Positions 52,901-64,000 of a stretch of DNA of 64,000 bases are shown here, in pieces. The DNA is from Raillietiella orientalis. Lineage: Eukaryota. Location of the stretch: assembly GCA_036172245.1 (NCBI GenBank), contig JAYWIR010000002.1, positions 3,162,001 to 3,226,000 on the forward strand. Reading direction: 5' to 3'. A program made the translations under genes and the position numbers. Positions within the stretch are counted from its first letter, which is position 1, and each line of letters opens with the position of its first letter. The notes below the pieces were generated by a model. That model saw only the letters and a program-made list of their open reading frames with translations, made no database searches and was not told the DNA's origin.

Positions 52901-55900
52901 TCCATCGCGGACGGCGCCTGTGGGCGTATCTCCTGCAGACGCAAGTGCCGCGGTGTGAGACTGGGAAAGAATCTCTTCAGCACGTCCTACAACTCTCATG
53001 CCAGAATTGACGTGTGCTAAGATGAGCAGATTGACAAGGTCAAGAGGACGGCGGTGGGCCGATGAGGGATCCTCATCCCCAGTCAGCCCGTTTGGCTGTC
53101 TCGACAGCGGCGCCACCTCCTGACGTCCTCTACGCTCAGCGCCGTGATGGCTCAGCAGCTGCTACTGCTGCTTTGCGCGCCCGGGAAAAGCGGGACGGCG
53201 GCGCGTTCTTTTGTGTGTGTGTGTGGGAGTTGTGGTTAGGGATTTTCCGGGGAAGACGGATCTGAGCGGACGGAGGGTACGTGGGAACGTGGGAAGGGGA
53301 CGACTTGGGGAACGCGAGTGAACTGTGTGGCGATGACGAGGGCGCTGACCATCCAGGTAGCGATGCTCGTCTCGCCGAGCGATACCGCCGCGCTTCCAGG
53401 GCAGGGCTCGCACTCGTTTGCCCATAGCGCAGGGGTCAGGCCGGTGCGTCTCTCAGAGGAGACTCAGGACATCGTTGTTGCCTAGCAACTTGGGGACTCC
53501 CGAACAGGTCAGCCTCCGTACTTCCCGTGGCCCTCCCCCCATCTGTCCCTACGTTGAGGGCCGAGGGACGTCGGACCCGCGTTCGAGGAGCAATTTGGTG
53601 CGGAGAGCGCCTCTGCTGAGGAGGGCGTGAGAGAGGATCCTGGCTTGGCCTCAGCGGGACGAGGGACGTCAAGCCGAGGTGGGCATTCAGGGCGACGGGA
53701 ATGCTCCTGCAAAGACAGCCCCGTTCGAAGCCACGCGCGGAAGGCGAATCGCCAAAGCTAGAGAGGAACCTCTGGTGCAGGGGGAGGGAGGTGGAGGAGG
53801 AGAAGGGGTGTACCGACCCGGGCCTGGATGCCTTCTTAGCCCGCCGGCACCAGCATCTTCTCCACCTCACTCTTCACTCCCATCCCCATCCGCCGTCAGG
53901 GACTCTCGCCATCAGCAGAGAGAGAAAAGTCTCGCAGAGATCGAAACTTGGCACCTGTGGTCCAATGAGGAGGGCGGAGCCGAAGAGCCACACGGGATCT
54001 CCGCGGGATTTTTCTCGCGGACAGAGTTCCCGAGTCATCCTACAGCAGGCAAGGGAGGAAGTCTTCAGGGTTCGGTGCATACTCTGAGGCACGCATTTAG
54101 GGATCGCTCCGGTCTCTCGAGGATTCATCCTGACCAACGTCGCATCCCTGAGCCCCGGAGTAGGGCGCTGGTCAGGCAAGTCACAGAGGTGCAGCAGTCT
54201 TCCTCCTTTGCTTCCTGGGTCAGCGGGAGCTCTCATGGGGTGCAGGGGAGGAAGCGCCGCACCTGTGACTTTCCTCCACCGGCGGGTTCTTTTTCTTTTT
54301 TGAGGCGAGGAAAAAGGGAGAAGGTGAAGGATCCTCGTGCGAGATGAACAACCTCCCCAGTCCCTGGCCGCGCGACCTCTAAGCCCGCTCGCAGTGTCCC
54401 ACATAAAGAGGAATTGACTTGGAAAGCTTCTGTTGGTTCCCGCGCAGTGACGCCACGCTACAAGCCAAGAGCGGCGGCAGGCGAACCCCAAGGTGCCTTC
54501 CCTACCAAACTCTGTTTCTTCAGCGTCAGGCAGAGAGGGGACTGCAGTGATGTGGATGGCCCTCACAAGGAAGGGGCAGGGAAACAGGCACCCATCGTCC
54601 CTGAGAGCCACCAGCCCCTAACGAAAAGTCTTTTTCTGTGAACTCTTATTCGGAATCTTCTGGACCGGGAGGGTTCTAAGAGTGCTCTCTTGGAAGATAA
54701 GCGTCAAGCACCGCGCCAGAGAGCACGAGGAGACGCAGCGCGTCCTCTCTCGGGAGGAAGACCTCGCTGGCTCCAGCAGCAGCCTCGTTAGAGCTCGTCA
54801 CCTCCCCCCTTCCCGCATTCCCTTCACGTTTAGGAGGGGGTGTGGTCAGGTGGAAGAGGAGGTGGCATGGTCGGTTCACCCTTCCCAGATGGGGAGGGTG
54901 AGTCCCGAATAATCGGCATCCTCGCTCCTCCGTCGCCGTGGGAACTGAAGAAGGAAGGGCGCTCCCAAACGTCTCGAGGCACCCGGATCGGGCGGCACCG
55001 CTCGAGCCACGGACGGCGCGATTCCGGCAAAGGGATCTCAGAGTGACGTCACGCCTCCGCAAGGCGTTCCTCCCGCCGACGCCGCCATCCTCGTCTGTTC
55101 CGCCGTACGGAGGGCTGGCTCTTCCACTGCCGGGTATGAGGAATTCCTCGGAGCAGAAGCGCGCGCCGCCGCCGCGCGGATGCGCACGCGCGTGTGCACG
55201 TATGAGGAGGGAGGAGCAGGAAAAAACGCGCTCCAGCACCCCACAGCGTCACTTGTTCTGCTGTCGAAGGGCCGAGGAAGACGGAGACCCGGTGGGCGCG
55301 ACCGGGAAGGGTGGCACGCGGTTCTGCACGGAGGAGGAAGGCAGCGAGCGAGCCCGCAGTTGCATCATTCGGCAGCAGCGCCAGTGCTGCAGAAGGACCG
55401 CCCAGAGGAACGGCCCGAGAAGATCCGGAGGAGGCAGGCGGGATAGAACGGGTGCTCCTCCCGGCTTGCCCCTGAAAATCCCCTCTCGACTTTCTCGAGG
55501 TCCATCCGAGATGGGATGCTGCCGGAGGTCGAGGACTCCGCACGTCTCTACTGACCATCCGTTCTTAGCGTTAAAAGAAAGGCGCCATCTCGACGTCGTC
55601 AAAGAGGAAATGCTGGGAGCGAGATGCATCGGCTGAAAGGAAGGGGGATCGGGGAACTTCACCGTCCAAGAACGACTTTGGATCTCCACATCCATCTCCA
55701 GAGTCTCTCCGGACGCATGCGCTCTCCGAGATCTCCACCAAAGGGACCACTTCCGGTATCCAGGTTACTTTTAATGCCTCAGGGAGTGGGATCACCGCGC
55801 CGGCACGGGAGCAGCAGCCTTGCGGGCATGCAGAGGCGCGGACTGGATCCCAGCATGTCGGACGGACCCTGTCCAGTCTCCCGTCGGTTCGTCCCTTCGT

Positions 55901-57279
55901 CCCTGCGGTCAGTTCCTTCCTCCGCGGGGTGTTTCTGCGGCGAGTGAGTCCATCCTGCATCACCGGACTCCGGAAGGATGTCTTCCTTCTTTCCGAGTCC
56001 GTGAGTGACCGGACCCTATAGGCTGCTGAACTGCTTTCCCCGGCCGCAGATGGACGTCGGGTCTTCGGACGCTGTTGCCATCCTGACCTCCTACCGTGCT
56101 GTCTGCGCGCTCTGCCTTGGGACCAAGCTCCCCGAAAGGCAGGTCGCGCACGGCAGGACGTTCCCAGGTGCTGTGACTTCTGCCTCGGAAAGCCGCGGGC
56201 GGCCTTGCGCTTCCGGGTCGGGAGGGACGCCTCCCGAGTGGGGAGAGAAAGGACGAGCCGTAACCGGAAAAAGGGCGCTCGAAAGAAGGGATATCGACCA
56301 GGAATTTCCAGGCATCCTCGGTCAAGCGCCTGGTGGCGATAGGATGGGGGCGAGGGATCCATTCTTCTCTTCCGGTGGGCGGCGTCTCCGTCGCGTCCCA
56401 TTCGCCGCCAATCGCCGACGCTTCTTCGGCATAGTTGTTTGGAGGCGAAAAAGGCTGGGATCCAAGGAGGGGACAGTCCATGACGGTCTCCTCCGTCCTC
56501 ATGGGTCGGGTGACGTCCCGATGGCAGTCAGGGTGCTTCCCTCCCTCTCCCTTGCAACCGGGAGGAACGAGCGGGCACTCCTGCCTTTAGCGCCTCTTCC
56601 CCGGAAGGATAGCCATCCCGGAGATTCCGAAGAAACCTTCCGGAAAGACAGGAATGAAGCACGACTGGAGGTCTGTCGGAAAGGCGGGAGCCACAGGAAT
56701 GGTCGGCCTGTCGGATCCTCAGACATCCGTCGCAGAGCAACCGCCCGGGTTTCGTCCGGAAAGCGAAGAGGGGAGAGGAGAGTCCTCGGGGGACTCTCAG
56801 TGGGAGATGGGGAAGGGCAACGGAGGAACTCTCGGGGGCCACTGCCTCCAGCGCATCGCTTCCTGAAGCGAGCGAGATGGAGGAACTCGCGCTCGCGCGC
56901 ACGCGGGATACTTACCAACGCCCCCCGTCGTCGGGGAGGGGTGGACGCCGCCAAGGGGCATCAGACCAGGCTTTCGCAGAGCGCCTGGGGGAAGGCATCC
57001 CTCTTCTCCGCCTGTTCGCTGGACGCTCGAGAGCTCTCGGGATGATCCTGGAGAGCAAGAAGGAGGATATGCCAACGCTCCGTTCCCTTCCGGGTTGCCC
57101 CGGAAGAAAGCTTCACCCTCCATTCCCCCTGCCCGTCCTCGACGTCGCGACCCTCTCGCTCCAGAATCGGGATCGCGAGACGAATGCCCACTGCCGGCAC
57201 TACCCACGTTTCGCGGACGCTGCTCCCTCCCCTCTTCTCCTACCGCGGGCGGCGGCGAAGTTAGCGTGAGCCGGAGGAT

Positions 57280-57300
57280 GGGGGGGGGGGGGGGGGGGGG
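57280..57300. repeat. Poly-G homopolymer (21 nt)
   Basis: Seen directly. It is the longest of many G/C runs in the GC-rich blocks. Confidence 0.9.
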
Positions 57301-57460
57301 AAGCTCTCTCTGAATTGAAGTGCGTTCTGTCAATGATGCTTCAGGTGAAGAGCTTTCGGAGGTTCCCCTGAGATAGTCCTCCCCTTCCGCGCAGCTTCCC
57401 TCTTCTCCTAGACACCTTTTTTTCCCGTGCCCAGCAGCTGCGTGTGCAAGCGCAACTCAC

Positions 57461-57559
57461 CTTGTCCTTCCGGAGGCAGCGGCGAGCGCTCCAGGTGTGC
57501 ACTCCCTCTTCCGTGTGTCGGGTGTCTCCCGAATTAGGGTCGAGCAGTAGGTGGCCGTC
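57461..57559 (-). CDS. Candidate cytoplasmic-tail exon of the Sidestep-like gene
   Basis: 99-nt symmetric segment with a TTCAG acceptor and a strong AAG|GTGAGT donor, open in phases 0 and 2. The upstream donor (CAG|GTCTTT at 57663) is weak, so linkage is uncertain. Confidence 0.35.
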
Positions 57560-57640
57560 CTGAACGGCAGCGGCGCGAGCGTTGCGGTTATGGGTCGGCC
57601 AGCGGGTCTTATTTTTTCCTAGTGTCGGCCAGGGATGAGG

Positions 57641-57846
57641 TCAGGAAGAGAGGGAGAAAGACCTGCCTGATGCTCCGTAGGGCTTTCCTTGATGGAGTCT
57701 TTTGTGCGTCGAGAAGATGGCCGTCACCACGGCGATGCAGAGGATGACGACGAGGAGCACGGCGGTGAGAGCCAGCACGAAGAAGAGCGACGTGGAGCTG
57801 CACTCCTTTCCTCCGCCTCCCTGTTTGACGGAAGAGAGGAACCCTG
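57641..57846 (-). CDS. Sidestep/nephrin-like IgSF protein: transmembrane exon
   Basis: Tandem TTGCAG|CAG| acceptor. Encodes GFLSSVKQGGGGKECSSTS, the TM LFFVLALTAVLLVVILCIAVVTAIF and basic STHKRLH. The frame stops at 57641 unless spliced at 57663. Confidence 0.8.
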
Positions 57847-57912
57847 CTGCAAGGGAGCGTGGCGGATTTCCTTCCTCCGAATTTCTCCCCCCTCTTCCCC
57901 GAGACGCCGCAC

Positions 57913-58221
57913 CTATCTCTTCTCTGCCGCCATCCTCAGCCTCCTTGAGAGTTTCCTCCTCGTACCGGACAGTGGCGCTCTTCCCCTTGGCGTTCCCTGA
58001 GTACAGGCGCAGGGAGTAGCGCTTCCCCGGATGGAGGTTGCGCAGAGAGAACAAGGGCTTCTCCCTGGAGACGTTGAGGATCAGCGTGCCCTCTGGGAGG
58101 GAGGAGACCTCGGCGAACGAGCGTGGCCGGTGGCCGCCGTCGAAGCCCTCAACGCACTCCACAGTGAAGGAGATAGCGGTGCGGTTTCTGGTGACGCAGC
58201 CCGTTGGGGGCTCCGGAGGTC
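57913..58221 (-). CDS. Sidestep/nephrin-like IgSF protein: fibronectin type III exon
   Basis: GPPEPPTGC.TRNRTAISFTVECVEGFDGG...FSLRNLHPGKRYSLRLYSGNAKGKS is a typical Side-family FN3. TTTCAG acceptor, G|GTGCGG donor, phase 1/1. Confidence 0.92.
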
Positions 58222-58281
58222 CTGAAAGAGGAGCACGGGAAGAAAAAAGGGTCCTGAGAGACCCGGAAGCGACTTCTGCAC

Positions 58282-58596
58282 CTGTATCCACGACGGAGAA
58301 CGAGCAGGGGCGCTCCTGTACGCCCGCCTCGTTTCTGGAGCGGCAGGACACTTCCCCGTAGTCGGACGCCGAGCGCGGAGTCAGGAGCAGTCGGCTGCGC
58401 GTGCCTTTTGCCGTAACCACTTCCGCCGAGGGACCCTCGACAACTGGGAGGACACGTCCGCCTCCTCCAGTCGGTCGGAATGTCCAGTCGAAGTGGACGT
58501 CCTCCGGGTACGCCTCGACCTGGCAGTCGACGGCAACGGACGCGTTCACGTCGACTGCGTACCGAAGCTTCTGGGAAGGATGGCATCGCGGAGCAA
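58282..58596 (-). CDS. Sidestep/nephrin-like IgSF protein: membrane-proximal Ig domain exon
   Basis: FAPRCHPSQKLRYAV...VDCQVEAYPEDVHFDWTF...SRLLLTPRSASDYGEVSCRSRNEAGVQERPCSFSVV. TTTGCAG acceptor, G|GTGCAG donor, phase 1/1. Confidence 0.93.
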
Positions 58597-58679
58597 CTGC
58601 AAACAGGGAAGGAGATGGGGGAGGGGGGAGGAAGGAGTGCCCGTTCCCTTTCTCTCTTTCCGTCAGATGGCGCGCTCAC

Positions 58680-58839
58680 ATTTTACTCGGAGGAGGACCG
58701 CGTCGCTCGTGGAGCGTCCTTCCAGGTTCTCCGCCTCGCACTGATACCTGCCGCCAGAGGCTGGGGTCACGTTCTGGAGGAAGAGGATGTTGGATGCGCC
58801 GATCTGTCCAGCCTCCACGTGGACAGGAAGGGGGGAATC
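58680..58839 (-). CDS. Sidestep/nephrin-like IgSF protein: Ig domain (probably Ig4), second half
   Basis: DSPLPVHVEAGQIGASNILFLQNVTPASGGRYQCEAENLEGRSTSDAVLLRVK. TTGCAG acceptor, T|GTGAGC donor, phase 0/1. Confidence 0.93.
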
Positions 58840-58944
58840 CTGCAAAGTGGGAAGGAGGTGTTCAAAAGGAGATCCAGGCAGATCGGTGGAGGTATCGGCG
58901 GTTCGCCTCAGGAAGGACCGACTGTGGGTGGCGCAGCAGCGGAC

Positions 58945-59112
58945 AGGAGATGAGGAGGAGGGGAAGAGGGAGGAGAAGGGGAGAAAAAGAAGAAAGAAAA
59001 GTAAAAAATGGGAATGATAGTGAGGAGAAGGATGAGGAGGGGAAGGAAGAGAAGGGGAGGGACGGGTGATGGGAATAAAGGAGGAAGAGGAAAATGGGGA
59101 AGAGGAAGGGAC
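58945..59112 (+). repeat. Purine-rich (GA) low-complexity intronic tract
   Basis: Almost exclusively G and A on + for about 170 nt. Confidence 0.8.
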
Positions 59113-59492
59113 GGACGGACGCGTCTCCTTGGCGACGCTCTTTCCTGTGGAGGACACCCGGGACCGGCCGGACTGCAGCTCCCGCGAGAAGATATTTCTA
59201 GGAAACGAGTCCTGGGTCGAGAGTGCAAGAGGGGGAGGGGGAACGCATACTCTTTCAGTTTCCTCCTCTTTCCCTCTTGCCCTCTCAACTTGTCTCTCGC
59301 ATGCACAGCAACTCGCCCTCCTCTTGCAAGCGAGAAGCGTCCTTCCGTCCGTTGGGAATTCGAATGTGCCCCTGGGAGGGTCTGATGGACGGTCTGAAGC
59401 GGAAGGGGATGCTACAGGACAATGGACCTCTACCCTGGTCCATGCGTTTCCGTCTGGCGTCCATTCAGATCCTCCGAGAGCGCAGTACTCAC

Positions 59493-59611
59493 ATCAAGGT
59501 ACCAAGTCAGGCGGAATGACCTCGGGTTGGAGTCTACCAGACACTCCAGTTCCAGGCTGCTTCCCTCGGTGACGTCGCCGAGCTGCGTCTTCAGGGTGAG
59601 CTCCGGCTTGT
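59493..59611 (-). CDS. Sidestep/nephrin-like IgSF protein: Ig domain (probably Ig4), first half
   Basis: YKPELTLKTQLGDVTEGSSLELECLVDSNPRSFRLTWYLD. CCCTAG acceptor, GAT|GTGAGT donor, phase 1/0. Confidence 0.92.
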
Positions 59612-60539
59612 CTAGGGTAGGCGGAGAGACTCCGGTGAGACGAGAGCGTCTCCCCGGCGCGACGAAAAAGGGGGAAAGGTTCCCTCCTTGAGCGACCCTC
59701 CCATAGAAAAGGTAAAGGTAAGGTAGACGGATTGAGTGCTCCCGTCTGCCCCTTCCAGCGGTGCTGCCGACGAGCTGCCCCGCATCCGTGGCGTATTCAG
59801 GCTGTCCCTTTCCCCCTGGAGGCCCCTCTTCGAAGGAAGGGAAGGGCAGACGGCGGGCTAGGCGGCCCGTTCCCTGCTGCTTCTCCTCTCCAGGGAGGAC
59901 GCCGGTGCCTGCTCTTGCCTTAACCCTTGAACCTGCTGCCCAGAGGAAGAAGAGACAAGAGATGACAACGGTAAAGGATCCTGAAAAGATTGACAGCCCC
60001 TCGATGTGGGCGGGGGACACCCTCCCCCCTTCCGTGCTAAGGAATTGGGGGATCCCCGCGTAAATCTCAATATCTCCAGCTCGCGCGAGGAAGGGACTTT
60101 GTCAGCGTGGATAGTGGGGGGGCAGGTGGGTTTGCGCGCATTCGCCCCTCCCTCGTCGAGATGGCTCCGAGTCGTTTCTCTCTCCTGAGAGCATGGTCGG
60201 AGAGGCGTCTGTGCTTCCAGTTCCCGCCGGAGGCTACCCTAAAGGGCGCGCGCGCCGTGTGGACGAGAGAGCTGCCCTCCCGGTCCTGTCCTCGGCGGCC
60301 CGACGCTCCTTGCCCCAGCCTCCTGTGCGTGGGAGGAGGTAGAAGCAGGGACGGCGGCTCCTAAAACTCGCAAGAGTGCGGGAAAGGACAAATAGAAGCA
60401 GTGGTGGGAGCAGGGCGCGTCCCCAGGGTGGCTATCCGTCGGAGAACTCGCCCTCTTCACTACCCACCCCCCCTCTCCCAAATCAGGAACGAGGGAGGAA
60501 GGTAGGGTGCGGAGGGATAATTCCCCTTTGGGAACTCAC

Positions 60540-60684
60540 ATCGCACATCTAGGATCCAGGCATCGAATAGGGAGAATCCGGGAAGAGCCGGGTTCTCCAC
60601 CTTGCACTTGAGCAGCTTCCCGTGGTCTACGCGATCGGGAGTCAGGCGGATGCGGCTGGTCGTCGCGTTGTCTCCTCGGGAGCG
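60540..60684 (-). CDS. Sidestep/nephrin-like IgSF protein: Ig domain (probably Ig3), second half
   Basis: This frame is not in the ORF track: RSRGDNATTSRIRLTPDRVDHGKLLKCKVENPALPGFSLFDAWILDVR. CCTTCCAG acceptor, T|GTGAGT donor, phase 0/1. Confidence 0.92.
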
Positions 60685-60762
60685 CTGGAAGGGAGGAGTG
60701 GCGAGTCGCGCGGGTAGGGGTGGGGGTCACGGAAGAGCTCCCGGGGATCTTCCGTCGCTCAC

Positions 60763-60914
60763 CTGGAAGGAGGCTCCGGGCAGCTTCGACGCCCCCAGCC
60801 ACCAGCTGATCACTGCCGCGGGCCTCGACCCGATGCTCTCGCAGTCCAGCTCGTAGGTCCTCCTGGATAGGAGGGGTCTGCTGGTGTTGGTGATGCGCAC
60901 GGTCAGAGGGCTTA
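60763..60914 (-). CDS. Sidestep/nephrin-like IgSF protein: Ig domain (probably Ig3), first half
   Basis: LSPLTVRITNTSRPLLSRRTYELDCESIGSRPAAVISWWLGASKLPGASFQ. TTTTACAG acceptor, CAG|GTGAGC donor, phase 1/0. Confidence 0.93.
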
Positions 60915-62720
60915 CTGTAAAAGAAAGGGTGAGGGCGGTCAAGGGGTCATCCATCGGAGGTGGGTGGGAAGGGCCTCTCCCGCAGGCGAGAGAGGTCGCT
61001 GGGAATTCTGCCACCTCCGTGACGGAGCGCAGGAAGGGCGGAGGAGGGCTGGGAACCCTGCGGAGACTCCGCGCCGTGGGGATGAAGCGCCGGGAGCGGC
61101 TGGATGTCCTCTTCCTCCTCCCTCTCCCCCGAGAATCGCGTTGCGCCACGGGGTGCACCGCATTCCCGCCAGCCACCTGCACGCGACGGGCAGCAACGCC
61201 GAGACCAACGTGCTGGCTCCAAACGCGGCGCCCGACGCGTGATGTGCCGCAAGTGCCACGGGTGTTAGCGAAAGTCGCATGCCAATGGCGCAACTTCCCC
61301 CACCCCCTTCTCGTCCCTTCCTTTTTTCCCCCTCCCAGAGTATCTCGCGTGGTGAACGGGAGCTCGCGCGACGGCAGGACGCCATGACGCCGCGGATGGC
61401 GCAAGGCGCGCTGCGTGACGCGAACCTCCAGGAGAGATGTGACGCAGCACAATGCACTGCGCACGCGCGACGCGCTTGTCCGCCCGTCTTCCGCAGTCGC
61501 GCTTTGCTCTGGAGGGGTGGGCTTCCTCCCACCAGCTGGCAGCTCCCCTCTCTCGCCTCGGGAGCAGGAGGCCCCCTCAGAGGGCAGGCGCTGTTCTTCA
61601 GTCCCGAAGGCTTCCGGTCGGAGGCTCCCTGGAGCGACGGTGGCCCGAGAGCAGCACGCGGCCTCCAGGGGAAAGGACGGAGCTGCCTCCAGGCTTTTGC
61701 CTGGAGGGGTTCCTGAAAGACGCATTTCATGGAAGAGGTTGCTCCTTTCCCCTTTCCGGTCCTCCCCTCCTCCCCGTCCTGTCTTCCCCTTCCGGGTTCT
61801 TCGGTCTTTTCAGTGAACGTGCAGAAACCTCGGAAGGATGACGGAGGAACAGATGGATGGACATTGATACGGGAACCGGTCGTGTGCGAAGCGCTCCAAT
61901 CTCTTCTTACTCCCACCGTTCCTCAGTCCGCGCACGGCTGCGCCTTCTAGGATGGGTGGCGTCCGCAAGGAGAGCAAAGCGCAAGGCCAGTCACCGCTTC
62001 CCTGCGTAGGAAGCCCTTTGACCACGAGACGGGTGAGGTCTAGGCGCACTAGGGACCAAGGAGTCCTTGGCAGGGAGCGGGGGTGGAACGAAGGGGTCAA
62101 ACTGATGACGGACGGTGCGGCCGCCCGACTCCTCGACGTGGCTCCAGGGCGCCGCCCGCTGCCGTCCGCGCCGGCTGCCTCCTTCCGCTCCTGGTTCGCT
62201 CGAGTCTACCCGGTAGCACGCTAGATCCTCAGCGGCGGGGGTCAGCGCCGCAGCCGGAAGAAAACCCGACAGCGTCGTCCGCTCTCTTGGAACTTCCGGA
62301 GGGATGACTTCGCGCACGCAGCCTTTGGCCGGAAGCGCCTGTGCGGCAGGAAGTTCTAGAGGCAGAGCAGGAGCCGATCTCCGCTGGCCCTCACCCCAAT
62401 CTACTTTCGTCCCGCCCCCACTCCCTCTTCAGGGGGAGAAAAAGGAGGGAGAGGCTGTTTGGGCTTCGACGTTTCACTCTGAGGGCACTGATTCTTCCGG
62501 AAATGCAGCTGATCGCACGAAGAACAGAGGGACCCACGCGCGAGGGATTTCCCTGTCGGTCCCTCCTCCCGTCCGCTTCTCCGCCGTCGGAAATCCTTTC
62601 TGCCCTTGCAGCATCTCCGTGAAGAAGCTCTCGGACAGTAAGAAGGAGGAAGCGGAAAGGTCAAGCCGAGCTGGAAGCGCAGCCTCCGGTAGAGGCATCT
62701 GGACCGCGTCGCCGCCTTAC

Positions 62721-62921
62721 GGATGACGTCCAGAAGGAGCTGTGCAGAGGCCGGTATGGTGTGGTTGTTGTTCCTCGCCTGGCACTCCAGCTGGGAGTCC
62801 GCATCGGACCTCCTAAGGTGTGTGATGACCAGCTCGTTCTCCACGGAGTCCTCCGTCTCCGTGGAGCTGTCATCGATGAGCACCTGCGCCTTCCACCACG
62901 TCAGCTGGGGAAGAGGGTTCC
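62721..62921 (-). CDS. Sidestep/nephrin-like IgSF protein: Ig domain (probably Ig2), second half; gene continues 5' beyond the window
   Basis: GNPLPQLTWWKAQVLIDDSSTETEDSVENELVITHLRRSDADSQLECQARNNNHTIPASAQLLLDVI. TTGTCTAG acceptor, C|GTAAGG donor, phase 1/1. Confidence 0.93.
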
Positions 62922-64000
62922 CTAGACAAGAAAGAGAGTGGGGGAGAGTGGCTCAAAGGATCCCACCCGTCTCGCGTCGCCGGAGCGCATGCATGCCATG
63001 CTCCCCGCCACGGAGGAGGAAAAGGAAAGAGGCGACTACTCCTTGGGATGGAGGAGGCGAGTTCCGGGAAAGGAGGCGAATCTTCGCCGTTTCTTTCTTG
63101 TCCACCTTTCCACCTTCTGCGCGTCCCGTTCCTCCAGTGGGAGTGGGCCGTCGCCGCCCATTTAGAAGTCTTCTCCTCTTCCTCCCCCTTCCTCCTCCTT
63201 GGGAAGGGAACTCATCGAGGTCACATGCTGCACCGCTGCCAGCAGCCCCACTAAAGGTCGGGAGGTAGTCCATCTGCGAGGATAGGAGGCAAAAAATAGA
63301 TCTGAGAAGGAAGAGGCTGCGTGAGAGCAGTGAGAAGGATGGCAAGAGTTCCGAGTTTTCGTTTCCCTCCCAAAGGGGAAATCATCGGGAGCGATGGTCT
63401 CACCGATCACGAGGAAGAGCGACTTTCAATCCCGGACGGGGTTTGGCAGCCGCAGCCGTAATCTCTTTCAGGCGCTCCGGTCCCCAAGTTCTCCCTTGGG
63501 GAGCAGGAGAACGCCGCCTCTCGAATTTCTCCGTGCTCTCCTTCCTTGGCATCGTTGAAAGTTGCCATGGGGTTTCCTCCGCACTAAAGTCCTGTCAATC
63601 CTCCCCATAAGAGGAAGGCATCCCAGGAAGCCGGAGCGCTCCCAGCTCGACGGCAGCTGAGCACTTCCTCCTTCTTGCTCCATCCCCCAGGATTTTCGAG
63701 GGTTCAGAAGGAAGAGGGACTCGGTGCATCAAATATCCATCTTCAAGGAGTCCCTTAGTCTTTCTCAGGGAAACCAGGAGACAGCATGCAGGGAGAAGAG
63801 GTGCCCTTCGTCCCCATGCAGTCGATCAGTACGAGACACGCTGAGCCGCCGCCCATCCTCCCGAGGCAGACGTCAGCGATGAACCCTCGCGAGCGGCTCT
63901 TCCGCGCTTCCTCGACTGTCCAGAGAGGAGGCAGCACTCTGTGAGAGTGGAAGAGGATGCTCCAGGCCGTGCGGATGGTAATCTGGGAGGAAGTGAAGAA

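Noticed and set aside
56005..57045. 346-aa plus-strand ORF
   Set aside because: No domain, GC-driven composition and a non-ATG start.
62930..64000. Search for the upstream Ig exon of the Sidestep-like gene
   Set aside because: Candidate acceptors and donors (near 63273, 63403 and 63982) give no Ig-like in-phase translation, so the exon probably lies outside the window.

Overview
Eukaryotic, most likely arthropod, genomic DNA with a strong compositional mosaic: GC/CpG-rich blocks at about 1-9 kb, 15-30 kb and 51-64 kb, intermediate DNA between them, and an AT-rich, CpG-depleted island at about 44.3-49 kb. Almost all ORFs in the supplied track are artefacts of high GC content. Two real protein-coding genes can be reconstructed. 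(1) A two-coding-exon, 390-aa class A GPCR on + (join 26651..26846,32523..33499) resembling melatonin receptors but with non-canonical TM3/TM7 motifs. (2) The 3' part of a Sidestep/nephrin-like Ig-superfamily gene on - (eight in-phase exons from 62921 to about 57641: half an Ig, three more Ig domains, FN3, TM), whose 5' end lies beyond the window. There is also a degenerate 18S rRNA fragment that starts at the mature 5' end. The most interesting unexplained signals are the CpG-depleted, strand-asymmetric island with no ORF and a near-complete miR-137 complementary site inside it. I found no CRISPR array, intact transposon or demonstrably new multi-gene system.
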